A DNA stretch of 64,000 nt from contig JAUHZB010000004.1 of the NCBI GenBank assembly GCA_030426125.1, forward strand, positions 9,253 through 73,252. Reading direction: 5' to 3'. The notes below the pieces were generated by a model that ran no database searches, was not told where the DNA came from, and saw only the letters and a program-made list of their open reading frames with translations. Below are positions 28,978 to 36,528 of this stretch, in pieces. Both the position numbers and the translations under genes were made by a program. The stretch's first letter is position 1; the number at the start of each line of letters is the position of its first letter. The DNA is from a bacterium. Lineage in GTDB: Bacteria; Patescibacteriota; Saccharimonadia; Saccharimonadales; AWTP1-31.

Positions 28978-30105
28978 ATGTCTATAGCATTGTTAATCTT
29001 TGGGCTGGTTATGTTTGTTGGTCTGGTGGTGGTCCACGAGTTTGGCCACTACATTGCTGCTCGGAAAAGTGGTGTTATTGTAGAAGAATTTGGTATTGGC
29101 TTTCCACCTAGAGCTTGGGGTAGAAAATTAAAAGACGGCATGTTATTCACCTTAAACTGGCTGCCGCTAGGCGGTTTTGTAAAGTTGAAAGGGGAGAATG
29201 ATTCAGCTACCAGTAAAGGTAGTTATGGTTCGGTTCGATTGAGAAATAAAGTGTTAATCATGACTGCTGGTGTTGCAATGAATCTACTAACTGCTTTTAT
29301 ACTTTTTACATTCTTAGCCCTCGTAGGTATGCCAAAACTTATTGAGAATCAGTTTAGTGTAGATAGTGATACCACAGTCAGCAATAACCAAGTATTAGTT
29401 GGTTATGTGGCCGAGGACTCTCCAGCACAGCAGGCTGGTATTCAACCTAGAGATCAAATTACTGAGCTTTCTAGCGAAGATAAAACTTATGCAGTTGAAT
29501 CAGCCGAACAACTGCCAAGCATCACTAAAGATTTGCAGGATAAAGAGGTAACAATAAGTATTGTTCGCGACGGTCAGCCTGAACAGTTGAATGCTAGTTT
29601 GCGTTCAGAAGCGGAAGTAGAAGCTAGCGCAAATAGCGATCAACCTAAAGGTTATCTTGGAGTATCGCCAACAGAGTACACTATTAGACGCTCAACCTGG
29701 TCAGCCCCAATAGTAGCCGCTGGAATAATTGAGCAGTTTACCACTGAAACCCTTAAGGGTATTGGCAATGCCTTATTTAATCTAGTCAGGGGTAACGGAG
29801 GGGCAGCCAGCAGCCAGGTGTCTGGTCCGGTTGGAATATTCGTGATTCTTAAAGACGGTAGTTTGTTGGGTTACCAGTTCGTGCTAATGATAATTGCCAT
29901 TATCTCACTTACTTTAGCGATCATGAACGTACTGCCAATACCAGCTCTGGACGGTGGTCGACTATTTGTCACGCTGTTGTATCATAAAGTGCTCAGGCGC
30001 CCACTCTCTAAAGACACCGAAGAGCGTATTCACGGCACTGGGTTTGCTGTACTGATGATATTATTCGTACTGATTACAGTAGTCGACGTTAGAAGGTTCT
30101 TTTGA
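28978..30105 (+). CDS. rseP: Site-2 (M50) intramembrane zinc metalloprotease RseP-like with PDZ
   Basis: HEFGHY motif in TM1, a central PDZ-like segment, and NVLPIPALDGG near the C-terminus. Confidence 0.85.
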   Translation: MSIALLIFGLVMFVGLVVVHEFGHYIAARKSGVIVEEFGIGFPPRAWGRKLKDGMLFTLNWLPLGGFVKLKGENDSATSKGSYGSVRLRNKVLIMTAGVAMNLLTAFILFTFLALVGMPKLIENQFSVDSDTTVSNNQVLVGYVAEDSPAQQAGIQPRDQITELSSEDKTYAVESAEQLPSITKDLQDKEVTISIVRDGQPEQLNASLRSEAEVEASANSDQPKGYLGVSPTEYTIRRSTWSAPIVAAGIIEQFTTETLKGIGNALFNLVRGNGGAASSQVSGPVGIFVILKDGSLLGYQFVLMIIAIISLTLAIMNVLPIPALDGGRLFVTLLYHKVLRRPLSKDTEERIHGTGFAVLMILFVLITVVDVRRFF

Positions 30106-30941
30106 TGCAGTTTAGCTGGATCAGCTTGCTGTATATTTTGGCAATTTACGGACTAGTTAGGTTTTTTAGCAGGACGCCGGAAGATCAACAGCCAAAAAAG
30201 GTTAATTGGTCACCGCTGGAATCTGTAGCGGTAACTCTGTTTATATATTTTTTCGGACAGTTGTTCGGCGGTCTCATAATATATGGTCTTCCTACTTTGT
30301 TTGGAATCAGCCAAGATAGCGTGGTGCAGTGGGTGGGTGATGACGCCATCGGCCAATTCATTACTATCTTAGTGGTAGATGCGATCAGTATTTTCTTGCT
30401 TCTTAGATTCTTGAAAAAACGGAATAATAGCCTCCGTACTATTGGTTTTGTGAAGAAGATCAAGCTCAGTGACTTTGGCTACGCAGTCGGCTATTACATG
30501 TTATATTTTCTGGTCTATTTACTAATAATCCAGTTAGTTATTAATTTTATTCCAGCAGTTGATGTAGATCAGAAACAGCAGATTGGTTTTGAGGCAGTTT
30601 CTCAGTGGAAGTTGCCAATTGTCTTTATTAGCTTAGTGGTATTACCATCTCTAGTAGAAGAGATCTTGGTCCGAGGATTTATGTATGGCGGACTGAGAAA
30701 TAGGGAGAAGATTCCAAAATATTTGGCAATCTTTATAACCAGTTTTGTTTTCGCTATAGCACATCTACAGTTTGGCTCCGGTGAAAAATTACTCTGGATT
30801 GCAGCAATTGATACTTTTATACTGTCTATATTTTTAATTGCTCTTAGGGAGAAAACTGGTCGACTGTGGTCACCGATATTCCTACACGCCATCAAAAACA
30901 GCATTGCCTTTATTAGTATCTTTATCTTAAAGATTAACTGA
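30102..30941 (+). CDS. CPBP-family (CAAX-type) intramembrane protease
   Basis: Polytopic protein with SLVEEILVRG (the EExxxR motif) and FAIAH / HAIKN His motifs. There is a 4-nt overlap with rseP. Confidence 0.8.
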   Translation: MMQFSWISLLYILAIYGLVRFFSRTPEDQQPKKVNWSPLESVAVTLFIYFFGQLFGGLIIYGLPTLFGISQDSVVQWVGDDAIGQFITILVVDAISIFLLLRFLKKRNNSLRTIGFVKKIKLSDFGYAVGYYMLYFLVYLLIIQLVINFIPAVDVDQKQQIGFEAVSQWKLPIVFISLVVLPSLVEEILVRGFMYGGLRNREKIPKYLAIFITSFVFAIAHLQFGSGEKLLWIAAIDTFILSIFLIALREKTGRLWSPIFLHAIKNSIAFISIFILKIN

Positions 30942-30966
30942 TTGAGTATGTTATACTATTTCAAAT

Positions 30967-31032
30967 ATGAGTAGTATAAATAAACAACTCCTATCCCCAC
31001 CCACACCTAGTCGACACCGGAGACTTGGTTAG
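30967..31032 (+). CDS. Candidate 21-codon small ORF / leader peptide (MSSINKQLLSPPTPSRHRRLG)
   Basis: The ATG lies 9 nt after an extended -10 (TGtTATACT, 30949-57), the same geometry as many bona fide genes here. The ORF end overlaps the 5' arm of an alternative hairpin. There is no conservation evidence. Confidence 0.2.
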   Translation: MSSINKQLLSPPTPSRHRRLG

Positions 31033-31056
31033 TTAGTATTCATTAGTAACAACAGC

Positions 31057-31085
31057 AAAACGGTCTCCGGACCGTTTTTTATTTT
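31057..31085 (+). terminator. Rho-independent terminator
   Basis: aaaacggtc (31057-65), loop tccg, gaccgtttt (31070-78), followed by T-run TTTTTTATTTT. Confidence 0.8.
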
Positions 31086-31105
31086 GCTGTTAGTTAGGAG
31101 AAAAC

Positions 31106-31492
31106 ATGAATCACAGATTATTAAATGACTGCCAAATACTAGTTGAACAAGGATGGACTAGAGCTAGTCAGCAAATCATATTGGGTGAGCAGGATTTTGG
31201 CTACACTGTGCAACGAGAAGGTCAGCAGTTAGCAGACTCAGTTGTCGGTCAAGAGCTTAGCATTAGGGAGCTAAGAGGTGGGGTGGCTTGGGCGAATGCT
31301 CATGACCGGGAGGTTGATCAAGTTATTGGTTCTATGGATAGTCAAAATATTTGTTTTGAAGACCAGCTACAAGCTGTAGCTCGTCGATTAGCACACCATT
31401 CCGGTCGGCTAGCGCTTGATTTAGTTGGGAGTAATCGAAAACGAGACCGCTATATTGCTAGAAGGCGTTTATTGGGTTCAGAAATGGCATAG
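31106..31492 (+). CDS. Hypothetical protein (orphan; GC appears higher than its neighbours)
   Basis: 128-aa ORF with SD aggag 6 nt upstream of the ATG. No recognisable motif. Confidence 0.45.
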   Translation: MNHRLLNDCQILVEQGWTRASQQIILGEQDFGYTVQREGQQLADSVVGQELSIRELRGGVAWANAHDREVDQVIGSMDSQNICFEDQLQAVARRLAHHSGRLALDLVGSNRKRDRYIARRRLLGSEMA

Positions 31493-31548
31493 CGGGAATA
31501 ATCCCAGTGTTAGCATAAAATTAATGATAGTATAGATGTGAGGTAAAC

Positions 31549-32796
31549 ATGAAACTAAGTAAATTATTCACTAAAACAATCAAAAATCCACCTGCGGATG
31601 AAACTGCCAAGAATGCTAAATTATTGATTCAAGCTGGCTATATTCATAAGGAAATGGCCGGGGTTTACGCCTATCTACCCCTAGGCCTTAGGGTAGTGGA
31701 AAAAATTAAAAATATTGTTCGTGAAGAGATGAATGCTATTGATGGGCAAGAGTTAATAATGACCAATCTTCAACCTAAGGATCTATGGGAGACAACTTCA
31801 AGGTGGGATGACGAGGTTGTTGATGTTTGGTTTAAAACAAAACTCAAGGATGACTCAGAGGTTGGGTTAGCTTGGTCACATGAAGAACCAATAATGCGAA
31901 TGGCTGAAAAGTACATTAGTAGCTATAAAGATCTACCAGCAAGCGTTTACCAGTTCCAAACTAAGCTGAGAAATGAACTAAGGGCCAAAAGTGGCATTAT
32001 GCGTGGTCGAGAATTCTTGATGAAGGATATGTACTCAATGCATGCTAGTGCTGAGGACTTGGACGAGTACTATGAAAAAGTAAAAGTAGCTTACCAGAAA
32101 ATATATCAGCGACTCGGTATTGGAGACGATACCTACGTTACTTTTGCTAGTGGTGGAGCTTTTACTAAGTTCAGCCATGAATTCCAGACTATCTGCGAGG
32201 CTGGCGAAGATGTACTGTACGTAAATCGAGAGCAGAACATCGCTGTTAATGAGGAGGTCTTAGAAGAGGCTATCAAAGAGTTTGGAATTAAGCGTGATCA
32301 GCTTGAGAAGGTTAAGAGCGCTGAAGTAGGTAACATCTTTAATTTTGGTGCTGATAAATCTGAAACAATGGACATTTCTTTCACTGATCAAGACGGTAGT
32401 AGCAAGCCTATTCATTTAGCTTCATACGGTATCGGTATAACTAGAGTAATGGGAGTGCTTGCGGAGAAGCTAGCTGATGAAAAAGGTATAGTCTGGCCCG
32501 AGAACGTAGCTCCTTATAGGGTAGTTATCTGTGCTCTGGGTGATGAACCAGAGGTAACTAAGCAGGCTGATGAGTTGTACGATAAGTTAGTCTCAAGCAA
32601 GGTTGAAGTGCTGTATGATGATCGTGATTTGCGTCCTGGTCAGAAATTTAGCGACGCTGATCTGCTAGGGATTCCGTACCGGCTGGTAGTGAGTAAGAAG
32701 AATCTAGACTCCGGTAAGATTGAAATAAAAAAACGTACCGAAACTGAGCCCAAAATACTGGACATTGATGATATACTAGAAGTCCTGGTGGCATAA
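31549..32796 (+). CDS. proS: Prolyl-tRNA synthetase, bacterial-type N-terminus but lacking the INS editing domain
   Basis: Class II motifs (FQTKLRNELRAKSGIMRGREFLMKDMYS; SYGIGITRVMG). It is only 415 aa, with about 50 residues where the ~180-aa INS domain normally sits. Confidence 0.9.
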   Translation: MKLSKLFTKTIKNPPADETAKNAKLLIQAGYIHKEMAGVYAYLPLGLRVVEKIKNIVREEMNAIDGQELIMTNLQPKDLWETTSRWDDEVVDVWFKTKLKDDSEVGLAWSHEEPIMRMAEKYISSYKDLPASVYQFQTKLRNELRAKSGIMRGREFLMKDMYSMHASAEDLDEYYEKVKVAYQKIYQRLGIGDDTYVTFASGGAFTKFSHEFQTICEAGEDVLYVNREQNIAVNEEVLEEAIKEFGIKRDQLEKVKSAEVGNIFNFGADKSETMDISFTDQDGSSKPIHLASYGIGITRVMGVLAEKLADEKGIVWPENVAPYRVVICALGDEPEVTKQADELYDKLVSSKVEVLYDDRDLRPGQKFSDADLLGIPYRLVVSKKNLDSGKIEIKKRTETEPKILDIDDILEVLVA

Positions 32797-32855
32797 ATTG
32801 ACCATAAACATGGAGCCAGCAAATTACCAAATCAAGAAAATTGAAGGAGAAAAAT

Positions 32856-33317
32856 ATGAAGAAACAATACTTATTAACCAAAGAAGGCATCGAAGAATTA
32901 GAGAATGAACACCAGCAATTAACTGCTCAAAGATCAGCAATCGCTGATCGAATTAAGACAGCTAGAGAGTTTGGAGACTTATCTGAAAATGCTGAGTATA
33001 GTGCTGCTCGCCAAGAGCAAGAACGAAATGAATCAAGAATTGCTGAACTGGATAATATCTTAAAAAACGCCGAAGTTATAAAGAAGCCAAAGAAGGGTGA
33101 CTCAGTTTCAGTTGGATCATGCGTAAAGCTAAAAAGTGATAAAGGTAAGGCCAAAGAATACCAGGTTGTTGGTACCGTTGAGGCGGATCCACTTGAAGGT
33201 AAGATATCTGATGAATCTCCAATCGGTAGCTCACTACTAGGCAAGTCGGTTGGCCAGAAGATTGACATTTCAACACCGAATGAGACGGTTACTTACAAAA
33301 TTATCGAGATTTGCTAA
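32856..33317 (+). CDS. greA: Transcription elongation factor GreA
   Basis: LTKEGIEELENE.., GDLSENAEYSAARQEQ, and a C-terminal FKBP-like domain. ATG 32856 has SD aggag at 32845-49. Confidence 0.9.
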   Translation: MKKQYLLTKEGIEELENEHQQLTAQRSAIADRIKTAREFGDLSENAEYSAARQEQERNESRIAELDNILKNAEVIKKPKKGDSVSVGSCVKLKSDKGKAKEYQVVGTVEADPLEGKISDESPIGSSLLGKSVGQKIDISTPNETVTYKIIEIC

Positions 33318-33377
33318 GGACATTGCTGACAAGGCAGGCTTGGTGTAATTAACGGCACTCAGGTATACTAAAGGGCG

Positions 33378-34895
33378 ATGGCAACACTAAAAGAACTGCG
33401 CGATGAGCGTCTAAGAAAATTAGAGGATTTAAAGGAGCTTGGCGTAAACCCATATCCTGCTGAATCGCGAATAAATACCGATATTGCAGAGCTAATCGAG
33501 AATTACTCTAAGTTTGAAAAGAATAAACAGCAATTAGTTGTTGCCGGTCGAATAAAAAACATTCGAAAATTTGGTAAAATTGCTTTCATTGTACTTAAAG
33601 ACAAGACACTGCAATTTCAGCTCTTTTTGAATAGCGAGCGAATTGGTGATCCGGATTACTCTAATAATTTACTAGGATTTAAAGATTTAAATTTATTAGA
33701 TAGTGGTGATTTTATAGAGGTGGTAGGCTTTATCCAGACTTCAAAAACTGGTGAAAAATCTTTAACCGTAGAAAGTCTTAAGTTGCTTTCCAAGAGTTTA
33801 CGGCCACTGCCTAGTGATCAAGATGGGTTTACCAATAAAGAAGAACGTTTGCGGCGTCGTTATGTAGATATTAATGTTAATACTGACGTTTATGAGCGGT
33901 TCGTAAGGCGCAGTAAGTTTTGGCAGGCTACGCGAGATTATCTAAACAAGCACGGCTTTATTGAAATTAATACTCCAGTGCTAGAGCATACCACTGGTGG
34001 CGCTGATGCCAACCCGTTTGTTACTCATATGGATGCTCTGGATCAAGATTTTTATTTAAGAATCAGTCATGAGCTACCTCTAAAGAGGTTGATAGGCGCT
34101 GGTTATGACCGCGTTTATGACATTGGACCACGCTTTAGGAATGAAAACTACACCGATGAGCATCTACCAGAACATGTGGCTATGGAATGGTATGCAGCCT
34201 ACTGGGACTGGAACAAAGGAATGGAATTCATGACCAAGATGTATCAGTACGTTTTAAAGGATACATTTGGCACTTTAAAGTTTGAACTTGGTGATTTTAA
34301 GATAGATCTATCTGGAGAATGGCCAAAGTGGGACTACGCTGAAGTTATACAGAAGCATTACGGACTAGATGTATTCGACTGCAGTTTGGCAGAAGTTAAA
34401 GCTGCCCTAAAGAAACATAAACTAGAGGTTGAACAAACAGAAAACAAGGCTCGTGGCATAGATAAGCTATGGAAAAATATCCGTAAAGACGTTGCTGGTC
34501 CTGTTTGGCTGATAAATACACCACTGTTTATTAGCCCACTGGCAAAAGCCAATCCAGATAATCCTAATACGGTGCAACGTTTCCAGCCAGTTATCGCTGG
34601 TAGTGAGGTCGGAAATGGGTTTAGTGAGTTAAACGACCCTATAGAGCAATTAGATCGTTTCAAAGAACAGCAAGCGATGCGTGACAGTGGTGATGATGAA
34701 GCCATGATGCTGGATATAGATTTTGTAGAAATGTTGGAGTACGGAATGCCACCGGCTTGTGGTTGGGGTTTTAGTGAGCGTGTGTTCTGGATATTTGAAG
34801 GGGTTAGCGCTCGAGAAGGAGTGCCTTTCCCTCAGCTTAGAAGCGAAGTAGATAATGTAACTAAGACTATTTACCCCGATTTAAAATTAAAATAA
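33378..34895 (+). CDS. lysS: Lysyl-tRNA synthetase, class II
   Basis: OB-fold N-terminus, RRRYVD, FRNE, and motif 3 context GMPPACGWGFSERV. Confidence 0.95.
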   Translation: MATLKELRDERLRKLEDLKELGVNPYPAESRINTDIAELIENYSKFEKNKQQLVVAGRIKNIRKFGKIAFIVLKDKTLQFQLFLNSERIGDPDYSNNLLGFKDLNLLDSGDFIEVVGFIQTSKTGEKSLTVESLKLLSKSLRPLPSDQDGFTNKEERLRRRYVDINVNTDVYERFVRRSKFWQATRDYLNKHGFIEINTPVLEHTTGGADANPFVTHMDALDQDFYLRISHELPLKRLIGAGYDRVYDIGPRFRNENYTDEHLPEHVAMEWYAAYWDWNKGMEFMTKMYQYVLKDTFGTLKFELGDFKIDLSGEWPKWDYAEVIQKHYGLDVFDCSLAEVKAALKKHKLEVEQTENKARGIDKLWKNIRKDVAGPVWLINTPLFISPLAKANPDNPNTVQRFQPVIAGSEVGNGFSELNDPIEQLDRFKEQQAMRDSGDDEAMMLDIDFVEMLEYGMPPACGWGFSERVFWIFEGVSAREGVPFPQLRSEVDNVTKTIYPDLKLK

Positions 34896-34918
34896 CTAAC
34901 ATAGTTAAGGAGTAGGAT

Positions 34919-35224
34919 ATGAAAGTTCTTTGGAAGGGCAAGCAAATCGCCGAAGCTAAGAAAGAAGACTTAATATATATAGAAGGAAATTGGTATTTTC
35001 CACCAGAGTCTCTTGATGGCGATTATCTAAAAAAGTCGGACACGCCTTACGTCTGTCCTTGGAAGGGCAAATGCCAATACTTTGACGTTGGTCAGGACGG
35101 CGACTACAGCGCTGATCACGCCTTTAGTTATCCGAAGCCAATTCCGACGGCCCTAGATCGTGTCAAAAAGGACTTCTCTAATTACTTAGTTTTCTCAGGA
35201 CAAGATATAGAAATACAGGAGTAG
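34919..35224 (+). CDS. DUF427-domain protein
   Basis: 101 aa; GNWYFP..., CPWKGKCQYFDV is typical of DUF427. Confidence 0.7.
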   Translation: MKVLWKGKQIAEAKKEDLIYIEGNWYFPPESLDGDYLKKSDTPYVCPWKGKCQYFDVGQDGDYSADHAFSYPKPIPTALDRVKKDFSNYLVFSGQDIEIQE

Positions 35225-35226
35225 AT

Positions 35227-35750
35227 ATGCATACTAGCATTGTGCTCGGAGGGGGTTGTTTCTGGTGCTTAGAGGCATCCTACCAGCTGATAAAGGGAGT
35301 GGTAGTGTTACCCCGGGATACGCCGGTGGTGATACTAAGAACCCAGATTATTACTCTGTAGGAACTAAAACCACCGGACACGCAGAAGTGGTCAAAGTAG
35401 TTTTTGATCCAGCAGTAATTCAGCTTGTAGATGTATTGGACGTGTTTTGGTTAATACATGATCCAACTTCACTGAATAAGCAGGGCAATGATGTTGGACC
35501 TCAGTATAGATCAATAATTTTATTCAAAGATGATCAGCAGAAGAAGATAATTGAGTCTTCGATAAAAAAAGTTCAACCGCTGCATAACAAAGCTATTGTT
35601 ACCGAAGTTAAGATGCTGGATAGATTTTATGAAGCTGAGCCTGAGCATCATAATTATTTTAAGAATCATCCTCAGCAGGCCTACTGTCAGCTGACAATAA
35701 ATCCAAAATTAGCTAAGCTTAGGGAGAAGTATAAGACCTTGCTTCGATAA
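35227..35750 (+). pseudogene. msrA: Peptide-methionine (S)-S-oxide reductase MsrA, interrupted by a 1-nt frameshift
   Basis: ATG 35227 opens frame A, which encodes MHTSIVLGGGCFWCLEASYQLIKGV (the catalytic GCFWC) and then runs to TAG 35359-61. The rest of MsrA (SVTPGYAGGDTKNPDY..TGHAEVVKVVFDP..) is in the -1 frame (ORF 35256..35750). The frames switch near 35299-35304. Confidence 0.8.
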
Positions 35751-35772
35751 CTAATTACCAATCGGTAGTTAT

Positions 35773-36423
35773 CTATATTTGCTTAGCTTCTACAACGTAG
35801 CGCTCAGCAGTGCTACCTAGTGGATAGCAGGTGTACATAGTTAGTTTATTCTCTACGTTGGGATCATTGTTGCGGATCTCGATTTGATCTGGAGAAACTG
35901 TTTTAGAATTAAATACCTCATAAGTATAGACCTGGTCTTGCCATTTAATATAGATCTTATCGCCGTTCTGTAATTCAGTTAGATTATAGAAATGCCCACC
36001 GTTTACAGCAGTGTATATAAAACGGTGTCCAGCCACCACTATATTGCCAGGCGTCGATGGATCAATACTGGCTGACTCTCTCCATACTCCTTGGTTTCGT
36101 CCAATAACGTTGACGTTATCACCCTCAAGAATTTCAGCATTAACGCCAATTTGCGGTAAGACAAGACGGTTTCCTTTTTGGTTATCAACCTCTGGTGAGG
36201 ATTGACCATCAGCCGCTTTCTGGTAAGGTTCGGAGTTAATTTGCGGCTTGGTCAGTAGATACCAGAGCCTTGGCAGATAGGGCATTACTAACACAAACAG
36301 ACTAATTAGAGCCACAATCGATAGAATAATTATTGATGGTTTTGGTCTTTTTTTGTCAGGACTTAGATCACTTTTTGTAGTCTTAGTAGACTGTTTCTTG
36401 AATTTATTAGGTAAGCGTTTCAT
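35773..36423 (-). CDS. Sortase-family transpeptidase
   Basis: N-terminal TM anchor, VVAGHRF (His), TMYTCYP (TLxTC Cys) and AERYVV (Arg). Confidence 0.8.
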   Translation of the reverse strand: MKRLPNKFKKQSTKTTKSDLSPDKKRPKPSIIILSIVALISLFVLVMPYLPRLWYLLTKPQINSEPYQKAADGQSSPEVDNQKGNRLVLPQIGVNAEILEGDNVNVIGRNQGVWRESASIDPSTPGNIVVAGHRFIYTAVNGGHFYNLTELQNGDKIYIKWQDQVYTYEVFNSKTVSPDQIEIRNNDPNVENKLTMYTCYPLGSTAERYVVEAKQI

Positions 36424-36528
36424 CAGAATTAAAGTATAGCACCAATTGGGTGGTTGGTGTTTAATCTTTTTTGTGGATATTTTTGTTCCTAAAACTAGTT
36501 ATTGGTTAAAGTATGCTATAGTTTGGAC

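Noticed and set aside
31106-31492. GC-richer stretch as a structured RNA gene (RNase P RNA, tmRNA, SRP RNA)
   Set aside because: It has no GAGGAAAGUCC-type RNase P motif, no tRNA-like 3' end or tag reading frame, and no SRP GGAA/AGCA loop motif. It carries an intact SD-led 128-codon ORF. I kept it as a low-confidence CDS.
36472-36480. TGTGGATAT, an 8/9 match to a DnaA box in the sortase/heliorhodopsin intergenic region
   Set aside because: It is a single copy with no cluster, no AT-rich unwinding element pattern and no dnaA/dnaN nearby. This is not enough for an origin call despite parAB being in the window.
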